From Vulcanimicrobiaceae bacterium (lineage in GTDB: Bacteria > Vulcanimicrobiota > Vulcanimicrobiia > Vulcanimicrobiales > Vulcanimicrobiaceae), in assembly GCA_039923715.1 (NCBI GenBank), contig JBDTCF010000026.1:1-56253 (forward strand): a DNA stretch of 56,253 nt, written 5' to 3'. The notes below the pieces were generated by a model. The model worked only from the letters and a program-made list of their open reading frames with translations. It was not told where the DNA came from and did not search any database. The number at the start of each line of letters is the position of its first letter. Within the stretch, counting starts at the first letter, position 1. Shown piece by piece: positions 8,438-17,849 of the stretch. A program made the translations under genes and the position numbers.

Positions 8438-10087
8438 GTGAAGGGGGAGGTGGGGTTACCTGCGTACCTGGCGGGCGCGATGCTTCTTGGCGCGATCGAC
8501 GTAGGGACGAACTCGATCCATCTCATCGTCGTCGAGTTGGACGCGCGCTTTGGTACGTCGCGGACGGTTCTGCGCGCGCGAGAGATGGTTCGCCTGGGCG
8601 GCGCTGGCGCGCTAGCGCGCGGCGAGCTTTCGAAGAAGGCAATCGCCCGCGGGGCGCTGGCGATCGCTCGCTTCGCCGATGCGGCCCGAAGCGAGGGAGC
8701 CGAGGAGATTCGGGTGGTCGCAACGTCGGCGGTCCGCGAAGCTTCGAATCGCGATCGCTTCGTTGTGGCTGTCCGGGAAGCGAGCCGACTCGAAGTCGAA
8801 GTGCTTTCGGAACGCGAAGAAGCTCGACTCATCCATCTCGGAGTCAGTCATGGGTATCCGCTCTACGACCGGGTAGCATGCATCATGGACATCGGCGGCG
8901 GTTCGACCGAGTTCATCGTCGCGGACGCGACCCGGCCGTTCTTCCTGCGCAGCGTTCGCCTGGGTAGTTTGCGGTTATTCGAAGAGTATCTCGCGGGCAG
9001 CGAAGGACGTGCGCTTCCCTACGCGCATCTCGTTCGTCGCGTCCGCGACGTCCTCGAACCGCTGGCGGCTTCGCTGCGCGACTACCGCTTCGAGACGATG
9101 CTCGGCACCTCGGGAACGATTATCGGGTTGGCGGCGCTGGACGCCGCCACCGTGAACGCCACGCCGCCGGCACGTCTGCACGGCTACGCATTGCGGCTCG
9201 ATCGCATGCGAGGTCTACAGAAGAAGATGCTGCGCATGACCGCCGCCGAACGGCAGAAGATGCCGGGGATGAACCCGCGTCGCGGCGACATTATCATCGC
9301 GGGGAACGCAATCGCGATTACGGCGATGGAACTGCTCGAGCGAGACGAGTTGATCGTCTGCGACCGCGCTCTGCGAGAGGGGATCGTGGTCGATTTTCTC
9401 GCGCGAAATACCGAGGTCGCGCGCCGGCTCGGCGACGAGCGCATGCGCCGCTTCGACGCAGTTCACGAACTGGCGCGTCGCTTTGGGTCGGACGGCGTTC
9501 ACGAGAATCACGTCGGCGCGCTCGTGCTCGACCTGTTCGACGGCCTGCTCGAGACGCACGGTTTTGAGCCGCGCGATCGCGACGCGCTATTCGCCTCCGC
9601 GCTTTTGCACGACGTCGGCCGGACGGTTAGTCCCAGCGCTCACCACAAACACGGTGCCTACGTCGTGCGTAACGCGGGACTCGATGGCTGGCGCCCCGAC
9701 GAGGTCGCGCTGATCGCGGCCCTGGTTCGCTACCATCGAAAGGCCATGCCCAAACAGACGCACCTGGAATGGGCGCAAAGCGACCCGGCAACACGCCGCC
9801 GAATCGAAGGTTTGGCCGCACTGCTGCGAATCGCGGACGGCCTGGACGCGCGGCGGCTCGGGATAGTCGCACACGTGGGCGTTCTCCGCGCGAACGGAGT
9901 GCTTACGTTGCATGCGCGAGCGCAACAGGATGTCGGCCCCGAACTCGAGGCGGCGCGCTTCAAAGCCGATCTGTTCGAGCGGACTTTCGCGACGCGCGTG
10001 CGATTCGAGGCCGAGACACGCGAGGACGGCGAGCGGCCCGAGCGGGAGGATTGTCTCGACCCCCTCGCGCACGGCCCTGCGAACTAG
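8438..10087 (+). CDS. ppx: Ppx/GppA-family exopolyphosphatase with C-terminal HD domain
   Basis: AIDVGTNSIHLIVVE, DIGGGSTEF and GTSGTI are ASKHA-fold motifs, and LLHDVG marks an HD domain. The start is uncertain (GTG 8438 or ATG 8480). Confidence 0.9.
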   Translation: MKGEVGLPAYLAGAMLLGAIDVGTNSIHLIVVELDARFGTSRTVLRAREMVRLGGAGALARGELSKKAIARGALAIARFADAARSEGAEEIRVVATSAVREASNRDRFVVAVREASRLEVEVLSEREEARLIHLGVSHGYPLYDRVACIMDIGGGSTEFIVADATRPFFLRSVRLGSLRLFEEYLAGSEGRALPYAHLVRRVRDVLEPLAASLRDYRFETMLGTSGTIIGLAALDAATVNATPPARLHGYALRLDRMRGLQKKMLRMTAAERQKMPGMNPRRGDIIIAGNAIAITAMELLERDELIVCDRALREGIVVDFLARNTEVARRLGDERMRRFDAVHELARRFGSDGVHENHVGALVLDLFDGLLETHGFEPRDRDALFASALLHDVGRTVSPSAHHKHGAYVVRNAGLDGWRPDEVALIAALVRYHRKAMPKQTHLEWAQSDPATRRRIEGLAALLRIADGLDARRLGIVAHVGVLRANGVLTLHARAQQDVGPELEAARFKADLFERTFATRVRFEAETREDGERPEREDCLDPLAHGPAN

Positions 10088-10107
10088 GCAGCCCTTACGG
10101 AGTATCC

Positions 10108-10800
10108 GTGGCCTTAGGAGCCGGAGCCAAAAAAATCCTGATCGTGGATGACGAGTCGGCGATCCTCCAGACGTTACGTTTCAACTTGGAACGAAACGGC
10201 TATCTCGTCGCCACGGCCGGCGACGGCCGCAGCGCGATTTCCCTTGCCGCGAGCGAACGCCCCGATCTTGTCATCATGGACATCATGCTGCCGGTTCTGG
10301 ATGGGATCGAAGCCTGCAGGGAGATTCGGCGCATTAACTCGGTCCCGATCATCATGCTGACGGCAAAAGATCAGGAAATCGACAAGGTGTTGGCGCTCGA
10401 ACTCGGAGCCGACGACTACGTCACCAAGCCCTTCTCGCTGCACGAGTTCCTCGCGCGCGTTAAGGCGCGGCTCCGTCGGCAGGGCGAGGTGCCGCACAAC
10501 GAGGCGATTGAAGCCGGCGGCCTCGTGCTCGATCCGTCCCGTCAGTCGCTTTCCGTGCGTGGACGCGATATCGCCTTAGCGCCCAAAGAGTTCAGCCTGC
10601 TGCAGGCGCTCATGGAAAATCGCGGGCGCGTCGTCACGCGTCAAACGCTGCTCGACAAGGTCTGGGGATACGACTTCGAGGGCGAACATCAGACCATCAG
10701 CGTCCACATCCGTTGGTTGCGCGAAAAGATCGAAGAGGATCCGAACAACCCGCACAACATCATCACGGTTCGCAGCCGGGGTTACATGTTCAAGGAATGA
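10108..10800 (+). CDS. OmpR/PhoB-family response regulator (PhoP/PhoB-type by context)
   Basis: GTG start 5 nt after GGAG. The receiver domain shows ILIVDDE, DLVIMDIMLP and LTAK. The winged helix shows LAPKEFSLLQALMENRGRVVTRQTLL and VRSRGYMF. Confidence 0.9.
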   Translation: MALGAGAKKILIVDDESAILQTLRFNLERNGYLVATAGDGRSAISLAASERPDLVIMDIMLPVLDGIEACREIRRINSVPIIMLTAKDQEIDKVLALELGADDYVTKPFSLHEFLARVKARLRRQGEVPHNEAIEAGGLVLDPSRQSLSVRGRDIALAPKEFSLLQALMENRGRVVTRQTLLDKVWGYDFEGEHQTISVHIRWLREKIEEDPNNPHNIITVRSRGYMFKE

Positions 10801-11957
10801 GCGGAGGCGCGACGCTCGCCGCAGTAGCCGCCGTGGCGCTCGTGGCGGGCGTTCTTGTGGGCCTTGCCCTGCGCGGGCTCGAGCGCACCCGCCGGACGGC
10901 GGCGAAGGCGACCCTGCCGCCGGCGAGCTTTCACCGCGGAACGCCCGACGGTCGCTTCGACCAGTTGATGCGCTCGATCACCGTCGGCGTGGTCGTCGTC
11001 GATCGAAACGGGCAGATCGCGTCGCTCAACGCGGCTGCCGGCGCGGTCTTCGACATCGGCAGCCGTCCCGCGCTAGGCCGGGCGATCATCGAAGTAATTC
11101 CGTCGTTCGATCTCGACCGGCGCGTACGTGAGGCCGTCGCGGGCAGCCCCTCGCGAGGGACGGTCGCGTTCGGCGGCGCGCGCGAGCCGCGGACCTTAAC
11201 GGTTACGACGGTCCCGCTCGATGCCGAAGCCGGCGCTATCGTGATCGCGACCGACGAGACCCGCCTGCACGAACTCGAACGCACCCGCCGAGAGTTCATC
11301 TCAAGCGTCTCGCACGAGCTGCGAACGCCGCTCTCGTCGATCAAACTCATGACCGAGACGCTACTCGATCGTCACGGCGACGACGAGGCGCGCGAGCTGT
11401 TTTTGCCTCGCATCAAGCAGGAAGTCGATCGTATGGTGCAACTGGTCGAAGACTTGCTCGAGTTGGCCCGGGCCGAATCCGGCCGCATGCGGCTGCGGCG
11501 GGAGCCCCTCGATCTAACGGACGTTGCGGCCTCGGCGCTGCGTGGCTTCGAGCAACGTGCGAACCAACTCGACGTGCGCCTCGAGTTGTCGGGGAAAGCG
11601 GTAGGCATCGCTGGCGACTCGGCACGACTTACGCAAGTCGTCGTCAACCTCGTCGACAACGCGCTGCGGCACACGCCGGCCGGCGGAGTGGTCGGTGTTG
11701 CGGTTTCGATGTCCGGCGGCGACGCGCTGCTCGTCGTGCACGACGACGGGGACGGAATTCCCTACCGCGACCTCCCGCACATTTTCGAGCGCTTCTACGT
11801 CGTCGACCGGTCGCGCGCCCGAGAGGCCGGCGGGACGGGCCTGGGACTCTCGATCGTCAAGCAGATCGTCGAGGCGCATGGCGGCGATGTCGGGGTGGAA
11901 TCGGAACTGGGCGTAGGCACGACGTTCTCGTGCCGGCTGCCCGGGGGGCGGGCATAG
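10797..11957 (+). CDS. PAS-domain sensor histidine kinase (PhoR-like by context)
   Basis: The start has an ATGA overlap with the regulator stop. There is an N-terminal TM segment and a PAS-like region (VVVVDRNGQIASLN). The H-box is FISSVSHELRTPL, the N-box is VNLVDNALRHT and the G-box is GGTGLGLSIV. Confidence 0.9.
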   Translation: MSGGATLAAVAAVALVAGVLVGLALRGLERTRRTAAKATLPPASFHRGTPDGRFDQLMRSITVGVVVVDRNGQIASLNAAAGAVFDIGSRPALGRAIIEVIPSFDLDRRVREAVAGSPSRGTVAFGGAREPRTLTVTTVPLDAEAGAIVIATDETRLHELERTRREFISSVSHELRTPLSSIKLMTETLLDRHGDDEARELFLPRIKQEVDRMVQLVEDLLELARAESGRMRLRREPLDLTDVAASALRGFEQRANQLDVRLELSGKAVGIAGDSARLTQVVVNLVDNALRHTPAGGVVGVAVSMSGGDALLVVHDDGDGIPYRDLPHIFERFYVVDRSRAREAGGTGLGLSIVKQIVEAHGGDVGVESELGVGTTFSCRLPGGRA

Positions 11958-12167
11958 CGAGCGAAGCCCGGTCGCGGCCTTAAATGGCCGATAAGCTAGG
12001 CATAACGTCGATGCGACATACTGCGGGTACGATGGTCGAGAACGAGCCGGTCGACGCCCGCGAGTCCGCACTCGCCTATGTTGAAAACCACTGGCGCGAA
12101 CTTACGCTGGGCGAGGCGCGTTTGCTATCCGTGGAGTCGCTGCACGATACAGAACGGGCGCGTTCCA

Positions 12168-12207
12168 TTAAGGTGATGTTAACCTGTCGTTAATAGGAGC
12201 TTATGCT
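12168..12207 (+). promoter_or_regulatory. candidate Pho box (three 11-nt phased TTAA units) with a -10-like TATGCT upstream of pstS
   Basis: TTAAGGTGATG / TTAACCTGTCG / TTAATAGGAGC occupy 12168-12200, immediately followed by TATGCT (12202-12207). The pstS ATG is at 12284 with AGGAGG at 12272. The middle unit contains CTGTC, as in enterobacterial Pho boxes. Confidence 0.4.
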
Positions 12208-12283
12208 AGCTCTGCGACCATGAGTAGGACGATGCCCCGCAGGGTTCCGCGTCTTTTTCCGCTCGACTTTTAGGAGGTCAAAC

Positions 12284-13102
12284 ATGCACAAGACCGCTCT
12301 CGGTGCGGCCTTGTTACTGGCCGGCGTGCTCGCCGCGCCGTCGCTCGCCCTCGCCGATACCTCGCTCAGCGCCGCCGGATCGACCGCCTTGCTACCGCTC
12401 GTCAAAGAAGCCGCTGCGCAATATCAGCAGGCGCACGGGGATGTCAAGATCGCCGTTGCAGGCGGCGGCTCAGGAACGGGCATCAACCAGGTCGCCGCCA
12501 AAGCCGTTGACATCGGCAACTCGGACATCCTCGCCAAGGATCATCCCGAACTCGTCGACCACCGGGTTGCGGTCGTCGGCTTTGCCGTCATCGTCAACTC
12601 CAGCGCGGGCGTGAAGAACCTGACGAAAAAACAGCTCCAGGACATCTTTTCGGGCAAGGTGACGAACTGGAAAGATGTCGGCGGTTCGGCCGGCAAGATC
12701 ACGACCATCAACCGGCCCCGGAACTCCGGCACCCGGGCGGTCTTTACAAAGACGATCATGGGCGACGTTGCGATTTCAGCCGAGGGGTTGACCGAAGACG
12801 CCACCGGCTCGGTGGTTTCGACCGTGGGCACCACGCCCGGCTCGATCTCGTATGCCGCGTTCTCGGGCACGCGCAACAAACCAGGCATCGCGGAACTGGC
12901 GATCGACGGGGTCACGCCGACCGACGGGAACGTCGTCACCGGGAAATATCCGCTGTGGTCGTACGAGCACATGTACACCAACGGGCCGTCGAATGCGGCG
13001 ACCTCGCGGTTTATTGCGTTCGTAACCAGCAACCGCTCGACCGTCCACAAGCTCGGTTATATTTTGGTCCGGGACATGAAGGTTTCCGAGACCGATCGTT
13101 AG
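12284..13102 (+). CDS. pstS: phosphate ABC transporter substrate-binding protein
   Basis: Signal peptide, then AAGSTALLPLV, GGGSGTGI, NRPRNSGTR and GKYPLWSYEHMY, typical of the PstS family. AGGAGG RBS. Confidence 0.95.
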   Translation: MHKTALGAALLLAGVLAAPSLALADTSLSAAGSTALLPLVKEAAAQYQQAHGDVKIAVAGGGSGTGINQVAAKAVDIGNSDILAKDHPELVDHRVAVVGFAVIVNSSAGVKNLTKKQLQDIFSGKVTNWKDVGGSAGKITTINRPRNSGTRAVFTKTIMGDVAISAEGLTEDATGSVVSTVGTTPGSISYAAFSGTRNKPGIAELAIDGVTPTDGNVVTGKYPLWSYEHMYTNGPSNAATSRFIAFVTSNRSTVHKLGYILVRDMKVSETDR

Positions 13103-13168
13103 GAACCGAGTCGTCCTACGCCTGGGGGGGTTCGCGCTCGCGCGGCCTCCTCGAGTCGTTGTGGTGAG

Positions 13169-14068
13169 ATGGCGCTAGCACAAAACATCGGGAAGGCGGG
13201 CGCCGCGCGCGCCCACCGGCACGAATTCGTAGCGAAGATGATCCTGCGGAGCGCCGCGGGATTCGTCATCGTCGCGATTGCCGCGCTCATCGCGTACCTC
13301 GCGAGCGAGGGCACGAAGCTATTCACGCACGATCACGTGTCGCCGTTGACGTTTCTGTTCTCACCCAACTTCAATCCCGACGCCGGTGCGCCCGGATCGC
13401 TGGTATTCATCGTGGGATCGCTCGCGATCACCCTCTTTGCGATCGTCGTCGGCGGCCCGTTCGGGATTGCCGTCGGCATCTTTATGTCCGAGCTGGCGCC
13501 GCGGCGCGTCGTCGATGCGATGAAACCGGCGATCGAGGTGCTGGTCGGAATTCCCTCGATCGTCTACGGCTGGCTCGGGCTCACGCTACTGGTCCCGTTC
13601 ATTCGGAACGCGACCGGCAGCAACGGCTTTGGATTGCTGGCTGCGGGCATTGTCTTGTCGGTTATGATCCTGCCGACGATCATCACGCTCTCGGAAGACG
13701 CCTTGCGCGTGCAACCCATCGCATTGCGCGAAGGCTCTCTTGCGCTTGGCGCGACGCGCTGGCAGACGATTTGGCGGGTCCTGTTGCCGGCGGCTGCTAG
13801 TGGGTTGTCGGTCGCCGTCATCCTCGGTATCGCGCGCGCCATCGGCGAGACGATGGCGGTCCAACTCGTCATCGGAAACGCCGGCGTCTTGCCGAAGGGA
13901 CTCTTGAGCGCGACGGCCGCGCTGCCCACGGAGATTGTCATGGACATGTCGGGGGCCCAACAAGGGTCGCTGCTCGAACACGCCCTTTTCTCGATGGCGT
14001 TGTTGCTGCTGCTGATCGCGATGGCGTTGATTCTCGCCGTCCGCATCGCCTTGCGGAAACGGACGTAG
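13169..14068 (+). CDS. pstC: phosphate ABC transporter permease
   Basis: Multi-TM protein with the EAA-like loop (LREGSLALGATRWQTIWRVLLP) and a position directly after pstS. Confidence 0.95.
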   Translation: MALAQNIGKAGAARAHRHEFVAKMILRSAAGFVIVAIAALIAYLASEGTKLFTHDHVSPLTFLFSPNFNPDAGAPGSLVFIVGSLAITLFAIVVGGPFGIAVGIFMSELAPRRVVDAMKPAIEVLVGIPSIVYGWLGLTLLVPFIRNATGSNGFGLLAAGIVLSVMILPTIITLSEDALRVQPIALREGSLALGATRWQTIWRVLLPAAASGLSVAVILGIARAIGETMAVQLVIGNAGVLPKGLLSATAALPTEIVMDMSGAQQGSLLEHALFSMALLLLLIAMALILAVRIALRKRT

Positions 14069-14075
14069 TAGCGCG

Positions 14076-14996
14076 ATGGGCGACGTGACGATAACCCGAG
14101 CTCGGGGTGCTCGGACGGCCGCCGATCGCGTCCGGCTTCGCCGCTTCGTTGACCGTCTCGCGACCTCGTTGTTGTGGAGTTCTGCGATCGCGGTTTTACT
14201 GATTCTCGCGTTTTTCGTTGGCTACATCTTCTACCTCGGCGCCGGAACGCTCTCGTGGCAGTTCCTCGTGAGCCCGCCCAGCGAGGTTACGGCCGGAGGT
14301 GGTATCGGCCCGGAGATCTATAACTCGTTTTATATCCTCGTTCTCACACTGTTTTTTACCGTCCCGGTTGCGACCGCCGCCGGAATCTATCTTGAAGAGT
14401 ACGCAGAGCCCGGTCTCTTTCGCACGATCGTTCAGTTCAGCGCCGAGTCGCTAGCGACGGTGCCCTCGATCGTGATGGGCCTTTTCGGGCTTTTGATCTT
14501 CGTCTATCTGCTCGGCTGGAAGTTCTCTGCGATCGGCGGCGCGTTGACGTTGACGTTGCTGAACTTGCCCGCGCTGATGCGTGTGACGCAAGAAGCGATC
14601 GCCGGCGTTCCGGCGACCTACCGCGAGGCGTCGATGGCGCTCGGCGCGACGAAGTGGCAGACCATCGTTCGCGCCGTGCTGCCGAGCGCGATCGGGCCCC
14701 TGACGACCGGGATCGTGCTGATCGCCGGACGCATCTTCGGCGAGACGGCTGCGCTGATTTACACGGCAGGCGTCAGCGTTTCGGCCGGGAAGGCCGCCTA
14801 CGACCTCAACCCGTTCAGGAGCGCCGAGACGCTGGCGGTCCACGTGTGGTACACGCACGCTGAGAGCGTCGTACCCGACGTCGCGCGCATCGGTAACGGC
14901 TCGGCGCTGGTCCTGCTCCTTATGGTTCTGATCTTCAACGTCACGGCGCGCCTTCTTGGGCGCTTCCTCACGATTCGTTTTACCGGTAAGGCTTGA
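14076..14996 (+). CDS. pstA: phosphate ABC transporter permease
   Basis: Multi-TM protein with [22 protein letters not shown] and the second-permease position in the operon. Confidence 0.95.
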   Translation: MGDVTITRARGARTAADRVRLRRFVDRLATSLLWSSAIAVLLILAFFVGYIFYLGAGTLSWQFLVSPPSEVTAGGGIGPEIYNSFYILVLTLFFTVPVATAAGIYLEEYAEPGLFRTIVQFSAESLATVPSIVMGLFGLLIFVYLLGWKFSAIGGALTLTLLNLPALMRVTQEAIAGVPATYREASMALGATKWQTIVRAVLPSAIGPLTTGIVLIAGRIFGETAALIYTAGVSVSAGKAAYDLNPFRSAETLAVHVWYTHAESVVPDVARIGNGSALVLLLMVLIFNVTARLLGRFLTIRFTGKA

Positions 14997-15775
14997 TGAT
15001 GGTCGAAACGCCAGTCCTCGAAGTCGTGAAAGTCGACGTGCGCGATCTCAACGTGTTCTACGGTGCGTTTCAAGCGATCAAGAACGCCAATCTAAGCGTT
15101 GCCGACCGCAAAGTGACGGCGCTCATCGGGCCGTCGGGTTGCGGAAAATCGACCTTCATTCGCGCCTTGAACCGGATGCACGACATGACGGCCGGAACCC
15201 GAGTCACAGGGACGGTCTCGCTCGACGGGTTGAACATATACGATTCGTCCATGGATCCGGTCGTCGTGCGCCACCGTATTGGGATGGTCTTTCAGCGGCC
15301 GAATCCGTTCCCGAAGTCGATCTTTGAGAACGTCGTGTACGGACTGAAAATCCACGGCGAGCGCAACCGCAGCGTGCTGCTAGAGCTGGCCGAGCGGAGC
15401 CTGCGGCAGGCTGCACTCTGGGACGAGGTCAAAGACCGGCTCTTTAAATCGGCGCTAGAACTCTCGGGCGGTCAACAGCAGCGTCTGTGCATCGCACGCG
15501 TGCTGGCCGTGAATCCGGAAGTGATCTTGATGGACGAGCCGGCGTCGGCACTCGATCCGATTGCGACCTCGAAGATCGAAGATCTGATCGACGAGTTAGC
15601 CCGCGACTACACGGTCATCATCGTGACCCATTCGATGCAGCAAGCCGCGCGCATCTCGGACTTGACGGCGTTTTTCTTGCTTGGCGAGCTGATCGAGGTC
15701 GGAACGACCTCGGAGATATTCACGCGACCAAGAGACAAGCGGACCGAGGACTACATTACCGGCCGGTACGGCTAG
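14993..15775 (+). CDS. pstB: phosphate ABC transporter ATP-binding protein
   Basis: Walker [10 protein letters not shown], signature LSGGQQQRL and Walker B ILMDEP. The PstB-typical N-terminus DLNVFYG is present. The start ATG (14993) overlaps the pstA TGA stop (14994-14996). Confidence 0.97.
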   Translation: MMMVETPVLEVVKVDVRDLNVFYGAFQAIKNANLSVADRKVTALIGPSGCGKSTFIRALNRMHDMTAGTRVTGTVSLDGLNIYDSSMDPVVVRHRIGMVFQRPNPFPKSIFENVVYGLKIHGERNRSVLLELAERSLRQAALWDEVKDRLFKSALELSGGQQQRLCIARVLAVNPEVILMDEPASALDPIATSKIEDLIDELARDYTVIIVTHSMQQAARISDLTAFFLLGELIEVGTTSEIFTRPRDKRTEDYITGRYG

Positions 15776-15896
15776 CCTGCCCGGCGAGCAAGTACCGTGT
15801 CCGCGTTCCAGGGAGGTCGTCCCCCCTAGACGTACAACCGGACCGGACTGGCGTCTCGCCCTGTTCGGAACGCAATTTTTCGAAAGGATCTTTAAT

Positions 15897-16673
15897 ATGC
15901 GACCCTCTTCACGCCTGGTCGTAGCCGGCGCAAGCCTGATCGCGATCGGCTCGTTCGTAGCATGCGGCGGTTCGAGCACGACCACCCCGACGCCCCGGCG
16001 GACGGCGACGCCCTTGCCGACCTCGACCGTAACGACGTCGCCGTCGACCCCGACGCCGAGCCCTAAGCCGACCGCTACCGTGACGCCGAGCCCTAAGCCC
16101 ACCATCACGCCGACGCCGACTCCGACGCAGGTCGCGTGCGTCGATCAAAATCTGCCCGGTACGTACACCACGATGTTCGTGCTTGGGAACTACGCCCCGT
16201 CGAGCGGCGCGTTCACCGGCATTTCGGGTTCCGTCTATGCGGTCGTTCCGTATTCGCCTGCGACCGCGACGCCGTCCCCGGTTCCAACCCCCACCGCGAC
16301 ACCGATTGGGATTCCGATCTACTCGTGGAGCGGTATCTACACGGTCAACGGCTCGCAGGGGCCGATCGTGAACGGATGCGTCGCGATGGTCGTGACCCAA
16401 AACGGCCAGCCGTTCTTCCCAAGTAGCCCCAACAGCGGTTTTTCGCTCGAGTTCCCGCAGTTCGCAGGTGGATACACGTTCCCGAAGAGCAACCCGGGGG
16501 GTGCCGTTACGATATTCTCGGTCGCGACCAGTTCGACCGGCGGCATAGGGACGTTCCAACTCGACAACGGGTCGAGCGGAACGGTTGTCCTCGGTCCGCG
16601 TCTACCCGGAATTCTCGATAGCGCGCGCCTGCGTGGGCACTCGACGCCGTTCGACTCGCGCCTTCCCTTCTAG
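15897..16673 (+). CDS. lipoprotein with a Pro/Thr-rich linker, unknown function
   Basis: Lipobox-like signal LIAIGSFVAC-GG, followed by a TP/SP-rich tract (TPTPSPKPTATVTPSPKPTITPTPTPT). AAAGGA lies upstream of the ATG. Confidence 0.7.
   Translation: MRPSSRLVVAGASLIAIGSFVACGGSSTTTPTPRRTATPLPTSTVTTSPSTPTPSPKPTATVTPSPKPTITPTPTPTQVACVDQNLPGTYTTMFVLGNYAPSSGAFTGISGSVYAVVPYSPATATPSPVPTPTATPIGIPIYSWSGIYTVNGSQGPIVNGCVAMVVTQNGQPFFPSSPNSGFSLEFPQFAGGYTFPKSNPGGAVTIFSVATSSTGGIGTFQLDNGSSGTVVLGPRLPGILDSARLRGHSTPFDSRLPF
16052..16111 (+). repeat. imperfect 2 x 30-nt tandem repeat inside the lipoprotein linker
   Basis: GACGCCGAGCCCTAAGCC recurs exactly at 16052 and 16082. It encodes TPSPKPTATV / TPSPKPTITP. 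Confidence 0.5.
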
Positions 16674-16805
16674 CCTCACGAGCTTCGTCGCGGGGTGCGT
16701 CGAGCGCACCTCGCGGCGGGGTCCGACGTACCCATTTCGCGAAGCGGTGCGGCGATGACGACCGTATCGAGCCCAGCAGCCCGAGCGCGCGCGCTTCCGA
16801 CCACG

Positions 16806-17846
16806 ATGCGCTCGTTGCGCAAGATGGCCGCCGGCCCGGGCTTGGTGCTTGACGAAGTACCCGTTCCTAATATCGGCCCATCCGACGTTCTCATTCGGGT
16901 CCGGCGGGCCGGAATCTGCGGTACCGATCAGCACATTTTCAGTTGGGACGCATGGGCGCAGCGACGGATCAAGCCACCGCTCATCGTCGGGCATGAGTTC
17001 ATGGGCGAGGTCGTCGCCGTCGGCGACGCCGTCCGCTTGGTTGCCCTCGGCGACCGCGTCTCGGCCGAGGGCCACATTTCGTGCGGCCGCTGTTTGCACT
17101 GCCGGACCGGCGAGGCGCACATCTGCGAGCACGTGCGAATCATCGGCGTCGACACCGACGGCGCGTTCGCAACCTACATTCGGATGCCAGAAACCAACGT
17201 CTGGAAGCTCGACCCTTCCATCCCCGACGAGTGGGCCGCGATCTTCGATCCCCTAGGAAACGCCGTGCACACCGTGATGGCGGCCGGCGTCAGCACGAAG
17301 AGCGTCGTCATTACCGGCGTCGGCTCGATCGGACTGATGGCGATTCCCGTCGCTCGGGCAGCGGGCGCGGCTTCGGTCTTCGCCATCGACGTTAATCCCG
17401 CGAAACTCGAGCTTGCGCAGCGCGTCGGGGCCGATGCGGTTTTCCGCGCCGACGATCCGAAGCTCATCGACGAAGTCGTCAAACGAACGAACGACGACGG
17501 GGCCGACGTACTGCTAGAAATGTCGGGCAGCGGGTCGGCAATCGACGCCGGGCTGCACATGTTACGGAACGGCGGCCGTGCGGCGCTACTTGGAATTCCG
17601 TCGGACGACGTCAAGCTCAACTTGGCGGAGCGCATCATTTTCAAAGGCCTGACCGTCTTGGGGATCAATGGCCGGCGCATGTTCGAGACGTGGTATCAGA
17701 CCGAAGCACTCGTCAAGAGCGGACGCGTCGACCTGCGTCCGATCATCACCAACGTCGTCCCGTTGTCCGCGTACGAGGAAGCCTTCGAATTGATGCGCTC
17801 GGGTGCGGCGGCCAAGATCGTCTTCGATTTGGAACGAGAGGAGTAG
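16806..17846 (+). CDS. tdh: L-threonine 3-dehydrogenase (zinc-dependent MDR family)
   Basis: MRSLRKMAAGPGL...VLIRVRRAGICGTDQHIFSWDAWAQRRIKPPLIVGHEFMGEV is colinear with the E. coli Tdh N-terminus as I remember it. It also has CGRCLHCRTG and the GVGSIG Rossmann motif. The upstream ATGs at 16695 and 16755 are less likely starts. Confidence 0.9.
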   Translation: MRSLRKMAAGPGLVLDEVPVPNIGPSDVLIRVRRAGICGTDQHIFSWDAWAQRRIKPPLIVGHEFMGEVVAVGDAVRLVALGDRVSAEGHISCGRCLHCRTGEAHICEHVRIIGVDTDGAFATYIRMPETNVWKLDPSIPDEWAAIFDPLGNAVHTVMAAGVSTKSVVITGVGSIGLMAIPVARAAGAASVFAIDVNPAKLELAQRVGADAVFRADDPKLIDEVVKRTNDDGADVLLEMSGSGSAIDAGLHMLRNGGRAALLGIPSDDVKLNLAERIIFKGLTVLGINGRRMFETWYQTEALVKSGRVDLRPIITNVVPLSAYEEAFELMRSGAAAKIVFDLEREE

Positions 17847-17849
17847 ACC

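Noticed and set aside
11984-12193. A 69-aa ORF lies between the histidine kinase and pstS.
   Set aside because: No SD and no recognisable family, third-position usage is mixed, and its 3' end overlaps the candidate Pho box/promoter. It could be a real small protein, but the sequence alone does not support that.
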